A stretch of DNA of 64,000 bases from Planctomycetota bacterium (GTDB lineage Bacteria; Planctomycetota; UBA1135; UBA2386), in contig OZ245006.1 of the NCBI GenBank assembly GCA_965223545.1, positions 3,328,001-3,392,000 of the forward strand, in the 5' to 3' direction. The notes beneath the pieces are model-generated. The model did no database searches. It had not been told where the DNA came from and saw nothing but the letters and a program-made list of their open reading frames with translations. The stretch's first letter is position 1. Every line of letters starts with the position of its first letter. The translations under genes and the position numbers were made by a program. Shown piece after piece: positions 30,832 through 39,601 of the stretch.

Positions 30832-32640
30832 ATGAAACGTCCTGCTTCTTCCGTGCCACCGCACACGTGCGGCCGCCTCTTCGCCGCGCTCCCCGCCTTG
30901 GCCCTCGGCTTGCCGCTCGCCTTGCCAGCGCAGAAGGCCCCCGATCTGCGGATCGATACTGCGCCGCGGACGGGACTCTACGGCGCCCTCACGCCATGGC
31001 CCGCGATCGCAGCTTCGGGTGCATCGGTGTACGTCGTGTGGGCCGATGGCCGCCACGACTTCAGCGCGAGCGCCGACCCGAGAGACATCTTCTTCAACGG
31101 GTCGAACGACGCGGGTAACAGCTGGCGCGCTGCCAATGTGCGCCTGAACACCGATGTGCCCGGCAGCGCTGCGCGCGCCAACCCGGTCTTGGCGGCGGAC
31201 GGTGCCGCGGTGTACGTGGCGTGGGGGGATGACCGCCACGGCGCGCGGAGCATCTACTTCAACCGCTCCCTCGACGGCGGCGCGACTTGGCTCGCAAAGG
31301 ACGTGCGGCTCGACGCTGCCGCCGGCAGCTCGGGATCGAGCGGCGTCCAACTCGCCGCAGCCGGCAACACCGTGTTCGTGACGTGGTCGGACCGCCGCAA
31401 TGGCCAACCGGACGTCTTCTTCAACCGATCGACCGATGGCGGCACGACCTGGTTGGCGCAGGACGTGCGGCTCGATACCGACGCGCCCGGCGCCAGCGGA
31501 TCGGGAGCGCCGAGCTTGGCGGTGTCCGGCGCGTCGGTGTACGTAATCTGGCGCGACCAACGAAGCGGTGGCGATGACGTGTACTTCAATGCATCGCATG
31601 ACGGTGGCCTCCAGTGGAGGGCGAGCGATGCTCGTATCAGCGCGCTTCCGGCGGGTGCCAACGTGCAAACGGGACCACGCATCGCGGCCGTGGGGCAGAG
31701 CGTGTACGCGGTTTGGACCGACTACCGCTCCGGCCTGTCGGACGTCTACTTGAACCGCTCGCTGGACGGAGGAGTGACGTGGCTCGCCACTGAGTCCCGC
31801 TTGGATACCGATCCGCTCGGCTCGGCCGGCTCGATCGAGCCACAGATCGCGGCCTCCGGTGCCTCGGTCTACGTGACCTGGGAGGATTGGCGCCGTGGCG
31901 TGACCTCTGCCGATGTCCGCTTCAACCGATCGTTGGACGCGGGAAGCACGTGGCTTGCGCAAGACGTACGGCTGGACGCCGGAGTCCGGTGGTCGAAGTT
32001 CCCGAAGATCGCCGCAAGCGGCTCGTCGGTCGCCGTGACTTGGTACGGCAGTGGCAACAACGGCCGCGACATCTACTGCAACGACTCCAGCGATGCGGGC
32101 TCGAGCTGGCGCAGCGCGCCGCTGAAGGTCGACCGCGCCCCGACCGGAACGAGCTCCTTCTATCCGGACATCGCGGCGTCCGGCGATGGGGTCTTCATCA
32201 CTTGGCTCGACTTCCGCAACCAGTACGACCAGGTGTTCTTCAACATCCCATACGGTTTTCAGTCCTACGGCGCGGGGTTGGCCGGCTCGGGCGGCATCGC
32301 GCCACAGCTCGACGCGAACGGCGCGGCCAAACGCGGTAGCCGGCCATCTCTCGACGTCAGCCAGGGAGTCGGCGGCGCGCCCGGGGCGCTGCTGGTGGGC
32401 AACAAAGCGCAGTCGCCGATCCTGGGCGGTACGGTGCTCGTGTCACCGGTGCTGTCGGTGCCGATCGTGCTCGGTGGGACGCCGGGAGTGCCCGGCACCG
32501 GCAACACCTCCATCGTGCTTCCCATCCCCGCCGCCAGTTCGGCGCTCGGGGTCAACGCCAACTTCCAAGCACTGTTCCTCGACGCAGGAGCACCAGCCGC
32601 CGTTTCGATGACCGGCGGCATCGAGTTGTGGATCGGCTGA
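30832..32640 (+). CDS. Secreted BNR/Asp-box (sialidase-like fold) repeat protein with a Cys-less variant of the shared C-terminal domain
   Basis: Signal peptide ending LALPAQ. About 7 repeats with Asp-boxes FNRS(L/T)DGG(A/T/V)TW. C-terminal YGAGLAG...LPIPA...NFQALFLD...GIELWIG. Confidence 0.85.
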   Translation: MKRPASSVPPHTCGRLFAALPALALGLPLALPAQKAPDLRIDTAPRTGLYGALTPWPAIAASGASVYVVWADGRHDFSASADPRDIFFNGSNDAGNSWRAANVRLNTDVPGSAARANPVLAADGAAVYVAWGDDRHGARSIYFNRSLDGGATWLAKDVRLDAAAGSSGSSGVQLAAAGNTVFVTWSDRRNGQPDVFFNRSTDGGTTWLAQDVRLDTDAPGASGSGAPSLAVSGASVYVIWRDQRSGGDDVYFNASHDGGLQWRASDARISALPAGANVQTGPRIAAVGQSVYAVWTDYRSGLSDVYLNRSLDGGVTWLATESRLDTDPLGSAGSIEPQIAASGASVYVTWEDWRRGVTSADVRFNRSLDAGSTWLAQDVRLDAGVRWSKFPKIAASGSSVAVTWYGSGNNGRDIYCNDSSDAGSSWRSAPLKVDRAPTGTSSFYPDIAASGDGVFITWLDFRNQYDQVFFNIPYGFQSYGAGLAGSGGIAPQLDANGAAKRGSRPSLDVSQGVGGAPGALLVGNKAQSPILGGTVLVSPVLSVPIVLGGTPGVPGTGNTSIVLPIPAASSALGVNANFQALFLDAGAPAAVSMTGGIELWIG

Positions 32641-32666
32641 CGGGGGCGGCGGCGAGGTGATGAGTT

Positions 32667-32688
32667 GGAGCCTGGCTCCGTACTTTCA
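32667..32688 (-). repeat. Short REP-like palindromic element TGAAAGTAC-GGAGCC-A-GGCTCC (intact copy of the site interrupted by IS110)
   Basis: 32672-32688 on the minus strand reads TGAAAGTACGGAGCCAG, 16/17 identical to 63610-63626 (TGAAGGTACGGAGCCAG). Both start at a TGA stop codon. Confidence 0.6.
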
Positions 32689-34254
32689 GATGGATTGGCC
32701 GTCGTAGTGCACGCGGTAGAGATCGCGGCGGCGGTCGTTCCAATTCTGCACGGTGCCCCGCAGGCGGTGGCGCCGCAGGAGCTCGATGTCGACCTCGCGG
32801 ACGACCAGGGTCTCGATGTTGGGGGTGCACTCGGCGGCGACGCCGTCGCGTGCGAACGGCACGTCGGCGGGCGTGAAGATCCCCGACTGCGCGTAGTGCA
32901 CGTCGGCGTTGTCGACGAACGGTAGGTTGCCGGTGCAGCCGGAGACCACGGTGTACACGTGGTTCTCGATGCATCGCGCGTGGGCGCACGTGCGAATGCG
33001 GAGGTAGCCGTCGCGGTCGTTGGTGTTGAACGGCACGAACAGGATTTGCGCCCCGTTGGCGGCGGCGACGCGTGCGAGCTCGGGGAACTCGACGTCGTAG
33101 CAGATCAGGATCGCCACCTTGCCGCGGTCGGTCTCGAACACATCCAGACGATCACCGGGCAGCACACCCCACCACCGGCGTTCGGCGGGCGTGATGTGCA
33201 GCTTGTACTGCCGGTCGATGGTGCCATCGCGGTGGAACAGATAGGCGACGTTGCGCAGGGCGTCGTCTTCGATGGCGAACTGCGAGCCACCGATGATGTT
33301 GACGTTGTGCTTGATCGCCATCTTGGTGAACGTCTCGAGATACTGAGGCGTCAGCTCGGCAAGTGCCCGCGCGGACTCCTGCGGGCGGGCCGAAGCCTGC
33401 ATGTACGACAACAGCTGGGTGGTCAGCAGCTCCGGGAACACGACGAAGTCCGCCTTGTAGTCCGACGCGGCGTCGACGAAGAACGCACACTGCGCGGCGA
33501 AGTCATCGAACGACGCGATGCTGCGCATCTGGTACTGCACGGCGGCGATGCGCACCGCGTGCACGCGCTGATAGCGACGCTTGGCGTCCGGGACGTAGTC
33601 GAGGTTGGGCCATTCCAAGAACGTCGCGTAGCCGCAGGACTCGACGTCACTCGGCAGGTAGTTGGGAATCAGGCGCTTGAGCACGAACCCGTTGGCGACC
33701 TGCATCGTCAGCACGGGGTCGTACAGCCCGCGGTCGGTGACTTTTTCCGCGTACTCCCGCGCACTCAGCTCGTCTTTGTACTTGTGATAACCGGGAATCC
33801 GGCCACCCACGATGATGCGCTCCAGGTTGTAGCGCCGCGCGATCTCCCGGCGTTCGGCGTAGAGTCGCCGCGCGAGCTTCAGGCCGCGGTACTCGGGGTG
33901 CACCATGACCTCGATGCCGTACAGCGTGTCGCCGGCCGGGTCGTGGTTGCGGATGTAGCCAGCGTCGGCGATCTCCTTCCAGGCGTGCCACGCGGAGTAG
34001 TCCTCGTAGTCGACGATCAGACTGGACGCCGAGGCGACGACGCGGTCGTCGATCTCGATCACCACCTGGCCGTCGGGAAACACGTTCAGCTGACTCTCGA
34101 TCTGCGTGCGATCCCAGGTCTGCATCGAGGGGAAGCACTTCGCCTGCATGTCGACGAGCTGGTCGAAGTCGTCGATCTGCATGCGACGCAAAGTGATCTC
34201 CCGCTCGTAGTCCTCGAGCCGGAGCTGATCGCGCTTGGGGTCGGCAGTGGTCAC
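32686..34254 (-). CDS. Bifunctional GNAT N-acetyltransferase / carbon-nitrogen hydrolase (nitrilase family)
   Basis: GNAT region [22 protein letters not shown]; nitrilase triad in VFPE, QYKLH and [12 protein letters not shown] start at 34254; the ORF-track start at 34794 overlaps the divergent kinase. Confidence 0.9.
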   Translation of the reverse strand: MTTADPKRDQLRLEDYEREITLRRMQIDDFDQLVDMQAKCFPSMQTWDRTQIESQLNVFPDGQVVIEIDDRVVASASSLIVDYEDYSAWHAWKEIADAGYIRNHDPAGDTLYGIEVMVHPEYRGLKLARRLYAERREIARRYNLERIIVGGRIPGYHKYKDELSAREYAEKVTDRGLYDPVLTMQVANGFVLKRLIPNYLPSDVESCGYATFLEWPNLDYVPDAKRRYQRVHAVRIAAVQYQMRSIASFDDFAAQCAFFVDAASDYKADFVVFPELLTTQLLSYMQASARPQESARALAELTPQYLETFTKMAIKHNVNIIGGSQFAIEDDALRNVAYLFHRDGTIDRQYKLHITPAERRWWGVLPGDRLDVFETDRGKVAILICYDVEFPELARVAAANGAQILFVPFNTNDRDGYLRIRTCAHARCIENHVYTVVSGCTGNLPFVDNADVHYAQSGIFTPADVPFARDGVAAECTPNIETLVVREVDIELLRRHRLRGTVQNWNDRRRDLYRVHYDGQSI

Positions 34255-34344
34255 GGGCGGCAATCTTCGGAGCAAGCGGCCACCCCGCAAGCCTCCTTGT
34301 GGCCGAAGCGGCGTTAGAATCGAGGGGGCCCCGGCCCGCTTCCG

Positions 34345-35805
34345 ATGCCGCCAGACCCTGTCCCCCACCGCGATCTCGCCCAGCTCGAGCTGCTGGCCAG
34401 CGCGGAAGGTGTCGCCGTCTTCGACACGCGATACCGCCTCGCGGCCTGGAACCGCCCGCTCGTCGAGCTCGGGCTGGTGCCAGACCGGGTCCACGCGGGG
34501 CTGCCCATTCTGGACGTCTACCGGCACGCCGCTCGGCGCGGCCTGCTCGGTCCGGGCGATCCGGAGGCCATCGCCAGACGCCGACTCGACGAGGTGCGCG
34601 CCGGACGCTCGCCCACGGCAGAGGATCTGCAGGCGACCGATGGCCGCATCCTGGAGGCGCGTCGCTATTTCATGCCCGGGGTCGGCGTCGTCGCGGTGTT
34701 CGCCGACGTCACCGAGGAGCGGCGGGCCCGCGAGCGCACCCGCCGCGCCGAGACTCTGCGCCAGCTGGGCCGCGTCGCGGGAGGCTTGGCCCACGACTTC
34801 AACAATCTACTGACGGTGATCATCACCAACCTCGAGGTCACGCTGTCGGACAGCGCGGACAGCGACGACTCGATCCGCGTGGCTTTGGCCGCCGCGACGC
34901 GCGGCGCCGGGCTGGCGCACACCGCACTCGACGTCATGCGTCGCCAACCCGAGCAGGTCTCCACTGTCGGCGTCGATGGCCTGCTCGCCGAGGTGGTGCG
35001 GTTCGTCGACCGGCTGCTGCCGGAGAACATCGAGACCTTTGCGCAGCTGCGCGACGGTGGGGCCGCGGTACGGGTCGACCGCAGCCGTTTCGCAACCGCG
35101 ATCCTCAACCTCGCCCTCAACGCGCGCGACGCAATGCCCGCTGGCGGGCGGCTCGAGATCCGCAGCGCGCGCGAGGGCGGTGAGATCCACATCACCGTGG
35201 CCGATTCCGGCCACGGCATGTGTGACGAGACCCTGCGCCGTGCCAGCGAGCCGTTCTTCACCACCAAGGAGAACGAGCAGGGCACCGGACTCGGACTGCA
35301 CGAGGTCAAGCGTTTTGCCGCGGCCGCCGATGGCCGCATCGAGATCACATCGACGCCAGCCATCGGCACCGAGGTCAAACTGCGCCTGCCGGTGTGTTCG
35401 ACCTCCCCGGCGAGCGCCGCCGCGGACGCGCCGGCCGCCGAGGCTGCGCACGTCCTTCTCGTCGACGACGACGACCTTGTGCGGCAGTCGGTCGGTCAGC
35501 TGCTACACACCGCGAGCATCGAGGTCGACACCGCCGCCAGCGCGGGCGAAGCCGAGGCCAAGCTGCGCAAGCACAGCTACGACGCGTTGGTGACCGACAC
35601 TGCGCTGGGCGGCGAGGAGCGGGGGCTGGAGCTCGTGCGGCGCGCGCGTCAGCTTCGCACCGGCTTGCCGGTCCTGCTCTGCAGCAGCGATCCACGCGGT
35701 GAGCACCCGGCGCTGCCATCCGACCAGGGGCCGCCGACCGCCGTGCTGGCCAAACCGTTCTCGGGCACCCAGATCCGCGAAGCCTTGACCGCACTGATGC
35801 ACTGA
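34345..35805 (+). CDS. Cytoplasmic hybrid sensor histidine kinase (PAS-HisKA-HATPase-REC)
   Basis: PAS-like AWN...DGRILEAR...VFADVTE; H-box [42 protein letters not shown] domain VLLVDDD...VTD...KPF. Confidence 0.92.
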   Translation: MPPDPVPHRDLAQLELLASAEGVAVFDTRYRLAAWNRPLVELGLVPDRVHAGLPILDVYRHAARRGLLGPGDPEAIARRRLDEVRAGRSPTAEDLQATDGRILEARRYFMPGVGVVAVFADVTEERRARERTRRAETLRQLGRVAGGLAHDFNNLLTVIITNLEVTLSDSADSDDSIRVALAAATRGAGLAHTALDVMRRQPEQVSTVGVDGLLAEVVRFVDRLLPENIETFAQLRDGGAAVRVDRSRFATAILNLALNARDAMPAGGRLEIRSAREGGEIHITVADSGHGMCDETLRRASEPFFTTKENEQGTGLGLHEVKRFAAAADGRIEITSTPAIGTEVKLRLPVCSTSPASAAADAPAAEAAHVLLVDDDDLVRQSVGQLLHTASIEVDTAASAGEAEAKLRKHSYDALVTDTALGGEERGLELVRRARQLRTGLPVLLCSSDPRGEHPALPSDQGPPTAVLAKPFSGTQIREALTALMH

Positions 35806-35812
35806 CTCCGCG

Positions 35813-38800
35813 TCAACGCAACCACAAGACGGTCTCGCCACCCGCTCCGAGGTCGAGCGCGCCGCTCCGCGCCGCCGGAGCCGCGCGATTGTCGCGCCCC
35901 ACGCTCGGCGCGCGCACACGCCAGTGCCACCGCCCCGCCGGCCGCGGCCAGGTCAGCAACTCCGTCTTGCCCGACACGCCGCCGACGTGCAGCGGCTCGT
36001 CCCATTCGATCCCGTCTCGACTCCACTGCAGCACCACTTCGGGCCATGGCCACGGCACCTCGCTGCGCAACACGACGTGCGCCACCGGCCGCACCACCAA
36101 CCGCAGCGGCTCGGTCATGCCCGGCTGCCAGCGGACCATTCCGGCCCACGCCTCTTCTTCGGCCACGATGTGCAGCGATCGCGTCGGATCGACGTCGCCG
36201 ACTGCGAACGTGGACCCGGCTTCGAGGTCGATCTCCATTCCGCCGTCGATGGCTCGCAACCACGGCGATGTGCTCATCTCGGCCCATCGACCGCGGTGCA
36301 CGCCGGCGAACCGCATGCGCAACCGCGATGGCGCGGGCATGGAACCGGCCTCGACCGTCACCACGCCGCGCAGCTGCGCCGCCGGTCGTTGTCGCAACTG
36401 GAGCTCGACCAGCTCGATGCCGGGCGCAACCGCGAACTCGTGCTCGATCGCGTGGCCGCGCGGCGGCCGACAGCGCAGCACCCAGAGCCCGGCGGACAAG
36501 CCCGAGGCCCGGATCGCGCCAATCGTCCCGGTGGCGGGATGGGCCAGACCGCGCTCGCCGTCGTCGCGCCGCAGCAGCCGAATGCGGCTGCCGGGATCGA
36601 GCGCCACGCCGCGCGCGTCGAGCAGCCTGGCGTGCAGCCGCGCGCGGCCGGGCGGCCGGCGCTGCACTATGAGGGTGATCGAGCTGTCCTCGGGCCGGGC
36701 ATAGTGGTGTTCGGGCCGCTGCCACGCGGGCCCTGGTGGACTCACCGATAGCTCATGCAAGACCCCGGCGCGCAACCCCTCGAGGCGAAAACGCCCGCGC
36801 TCGTCGGTGCGACCGACGATGCTCGCCGCACCGGTGCGCACGCAGGACACGTGGACACCGGAGATCGGCTGGCCATCCTGGTCCTGGACGACACCGGTGA
36901 GCGCTGCCGCAGGTGCCAGCACCAGCTCGACTGGCGCCGGCTCGCCGTCTCCGGACAACTCGCACCGGTGGGTGCCGCGCGTGTAGCCATCCAACGTCGC
37001 CACCACGCGAGCCGTCGCCGCCCCGCGCGGCGTGACGCGCACCGAGAACCCTCCACCGGCGTCGGTCGTCGCCCGGACGACGCCGTCACAATGCACCTCG
37101 ACCGCGACTCCTCGCAAGGGGACCCCGGACGGTGCGCGGACGACACCAGTGATCACGCGCTCGGTGCGCGCCGGCAACTCGACGGTCACGACCTCTGCAG
37201 CTGTCGTTCCCGGCACGACATCGCGGTGCCGCACGACGATGCCACCGAACGCGACGCGCAGACTGTAGCGCGCGGCACCATCCGGCCGCGGCAGGGCGGA
37301 GAAGCGCGCCGTGCCGGCGGCGTCGGTGCGGTGCTCGAACACTGCCGCCCACGCGGGGTGAGGGCCCGGCTGCCAATCCGAAGCCAGATCGGCGCCGAGT
37401 GGCGCGAAGCGCGGCTCACACCGCACCACCGCCCCCGCGGCCGCGGTTCCGTCGGAGCTCCTGACGACGACCTCCAGCTGCCCACGCGGCTGCAAGCGCA
37501 AGTCGAGCTCACGCTCGGCTCGCTCTCGCGTCAACGAAACCGCATGCCAACCGACTCCCTCGGTCGACACCGCGAACACGGTCTCGTCGCGGCGGCGCGG
37601 CACGAACCGCTCTTCGAGCGCGAACGTGCCGTCGTCCGCGCTGCGACCGGCCCAGCCGGCGCGGCGCAGCCGCGGCACGCGCCGTGACAGGCCGTCGCGC
37701 GCCGGCGTGAAGATCCAATGCCGAGCCACGAACAGATCCGCGCCGGCGACCGGCACGCCGTCCGCGCCGAGCACGCGGCCCGCGATACCGGTGCCCGAGG
37801 GCACCGATACGACTCCGGCGTCGAGCTCCCCGGGCACCGCGCCGGGGTCCGCCGGTGCCGATAGCGCGCGCTCGACCCGCGCGCGGCCCGGGGCGCGCAC
37901 GACCAGCTCCAAGTGCTCCCACGCGTTCGCTTGTCGCGAGCGCAGCTCGAAACGCCCGGCGCGGTCCGTCCGCGCGCGCTCCGGCGAAGGCCGCGCGCCA
38001 CCCTCCGGCCAGGTCTCGATCCAGCCCACTTCGACATCGGCCAGAGGGGCTCCATCTTCCTCCGCGACCACGGTGCCGACGACGCGCACTGCCCACGGCT
38101 CGGGCTCCGGCGCCGCCTCGCTCGCGACCTCGGTGCGCGACGCTGCGGGCGGGGCGGCCCCACCGGCGGGCGGGTCGCCGTCGAGTGGAGCGACGGGCGA
38201 CTTCTCCGCCGCTGAGCTGCCAGCGGGCACGCCGTCCGCGGCCGAGCGGTTGGGCCAAAACACGACGGCGGCTGCCGCGACGACGGCGGCGCCGATCCAG
38301 ACTTTGCTCTGCAATGCCATCGCACCCACTCCGATCAGTGATGCCGAGGTCGCCGCCCGCGCGCCGGAAGCGACGGGCACGGCCCACGCCGCGCGGCTGC
38401 CGTGGCGCGCATCGAGCCGCGCGCGCAGCTGCGCGACGCCGCGCTTGATCCGCGTGCGCACGGTCTCGAGCGGAACGCCGAGCCGGCGCGCGACGTCGGT
38501 CAACGGCCGCTCCTCGAGGTAGCGCAGCAGCAGCGCGCTGCGGTACGGCTCCGACAACGCCAACACCTCGTCGACCACTGCACGGTGCACGAGCGCGCGA
38601 TCGACGACCTCGGCGGGATCGGCGTCAGCGCCCGGAACCGCGGAGCGCTGCTCGATCTCTCGCCGCTGCCGCTCGCGGCGTTGGCCGCGGCCGTGGATCC
38701 TGCGGGCCACGGTCGCCAGCCACGCCCGGGGCTGCTGCACCGCGGGGCCGGCGCGCAAGGCTGCCAACATCGTCTCCTGGGCCAGATCCGCCGCCAGGTG

Positions 38801-38881
38801 ACGGTCGTCGGTCAGACAGAGCGCCAACCGCTGGAGCCACGCGGTCTCGGCCAGGAGCAGCTCGGTGGAAGACGAAGCCAC
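35813..38881 (-). CDS. ECF sigma factor with TM segment plus carboxypeptidase-regulatory-like repeat extension
   Basis: WLQRLALCL...AADLAQET...RAWLATVARR and LSEPYRSALLLRY...VARRLGVPLETVRTRIKRG. TM segment VWIGAAVVAAAAVVFW, then repeated GxVxxxxGxPxxGxxV...TDxxGRF units. Confidence 0.85.
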   Translation of the reverse strand: MASSSTELLLAETAWLQRLALCLTDDRHLAADLAQETMLAALRAGPAVQQPRAWLATVARRIHGRGQRRERQRREIEQRSAVPGADADPAEVVDRALVHRAVVDEVLALSEPYRSALLLRYLEERPLTDVARRLGVPLETVRTRIKRGVAQLRARLDARHGSRAAWAVPVASGARAATSASLIGVGAMALQSKVWIGAAVVAAAAVVFWPNRSAADGVPAGSSAAEKSPVAPLDGDPPAGGAAPPAASRTEVASEAAPEPEPWAVRVVGTVVAEEDGAPLADVEVGWIETWPEGGARPSPERARTDRAGRFELRSRQANAWEHLELVVRAPGRARVERALSAPADPGAVPGELDAGVVSVPSGTGIAGRVLGADGVPVAGADLFVARHWIFTPARDGLSRRVPRLRRAGWAGRSADDGTFALEERFVPRRRDETVFAVSTEGVGWHAVSLTRERAERELDLRLQPRGQLEVVVRSSDGTAAAGAVVRCEPRFAPLGADLASDWQPGPHPAWAAVFEHRTDAAGTARFSALPRPDGAARYSLRVAFGGIVVRHRDVVPGTTAAEVVTVELPARTERVITGVVRAPSGVPLRGVAVEVHCDGVVRATTDAGGGFSVRVTPRGAATARVVATLDGYTRGTHRCELSGDGEPAPVELVLAPAAALTGVVQDQDGQPISGVHVSCVRTGAASIVGRTDERGRFRLEGLRAGVLHELSVSPPGPAWQRPEHHYARPEDSSITLIVQRRPPGRARLHARLLDARGVALDPGSRIRLLRRDDGERGLAHPATGTIGAIRASGLSAGLWVLRCRPPRGHAIEHEFAVAPGIELVELQLRQRPAAQLRGVVTVEAGSMPAPSRLRMRFAGVHRGRWAEMSTSPWLRAIDGGMEIDLEAGSTFAVGDVDPTRSLHIVAEEEAWAGMVRWQPGMTEPLRLVVRPVAHVVLRSEVPWPWPEVVLQWSRDGIEWDEPLHVGGVSGKTELLTWPRPAGRWHWRVRAPSVGRDNRAAPAARSGALDLGAGGETVLWLR

Positions 38882-38889
38882 GGGGAGAG

Positions 38890-38917
38890 AGTGCGGTCAG
38901 GCCCGGCGACCGGTTCA
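38890..38917 (-). promoter_or_regulatory. Putative ECF-type (autoregulatory) promoter TGAACC-N16-CGCACT
   Basis: On the minus strand, a T-tract runs into TGAACC, then a 16-nt spacer and CGCACT ending 8 nt before GTG 38881. The (G)AAC -35 core is typical of ECF promoters. Confidence 0.45.
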
Positions 38918-38931
38918 AAAAAAGCGGCTGC

Positions 38932-39600
38932 CTACGGGGCATCCCACACGACCCCCATGAACCAGGGGAGCCGCGAAAACACCGCCCCCGGGAGGGCTGC
39001 GCCGTAGACCCGTTCGAACGCCGCGGAAGAGAGGTAGCGGTCCGTGGCGACGTGATCGAGCCATGCCTTGGACGTGCGGATGCGCAGCAGCTCGCGCGCC
39101 GTGGTTCTGCCGAGCCTGGCGCGGTCTCGAACGTAGTGCAGTTGAAAGCGGACCCAGTAGACGAAGCGCGGGACCGGCGGCCAGCTCGAGACGTTGTCGA
39201 CGATGATCATGCGCCCGCCCGGCCGGAGCAGCATCTTGAGACGCTCGAGCAGCCCACCGACGTCTTCGACGTGGTGGAACGTCGTATGGCTGGTGATCAG
39301 ATCGAAGCGCTCACCGAGCGAGAGATCACGGGCGTCGAGCTGGCGGTACTCGATGCCATCGCGCGCGCGAAGCCGACGCGCGATGGCGAGCATCGGCGCG
39401 GAACAGTCGACCCCCAGCACGGAGCCGAAGTGCTCGGCGAGCTCCAACGCGAGCATTCCAGTGCCACAACCCACATCGAGCGCTCGATCACGCCGCTCTG
39501 GCAGCTGGCTCAAGAAGAACTCGTGGTTCCTCTCGACCGATGCCATGCGCTCGTAGTCCTCGGCAAAGTGATCGAAAGACTGCGGATCGTAGGACTCCAT
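38932..39600 (-). CDS. Class I SAM-dependent methyltransferase
   Basis: ALDVGCGTG, GVDCSAPML, FDLI...HHV and LLRPGG; ATG 1 nt after the stop of the VWA gene. Confidence 0.9.
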   Translation of the reverse strand: MESYDPQSFDHFAEDYERMASVERNHEFFLSQLPERRDRALDVGCGTGMLALELAEHFGSVLGVDCSAPMLAIARRLRARDGIEYRQLDARDLSLGERFDLITSHTTFHHVEDVGGLLERLKMLLRPGGRMIIVDNVSSWPPVPRFVYWVRFQLHYVRDRARLGRTTARELLRIRTSKAWLDHVATDRYLSSAAFERVYGAALPGAVFSRLPWFMGVVWDAP

Positions 39601-39601
39601 C

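Noticed and set aside
30832..32640. Annotating the BNR-repeat protein as a sialidase
   Set aside because: Asp-boxes indicate the fold only. I could not identify the RIP motif or Arg triad needed to support sialidase activity.
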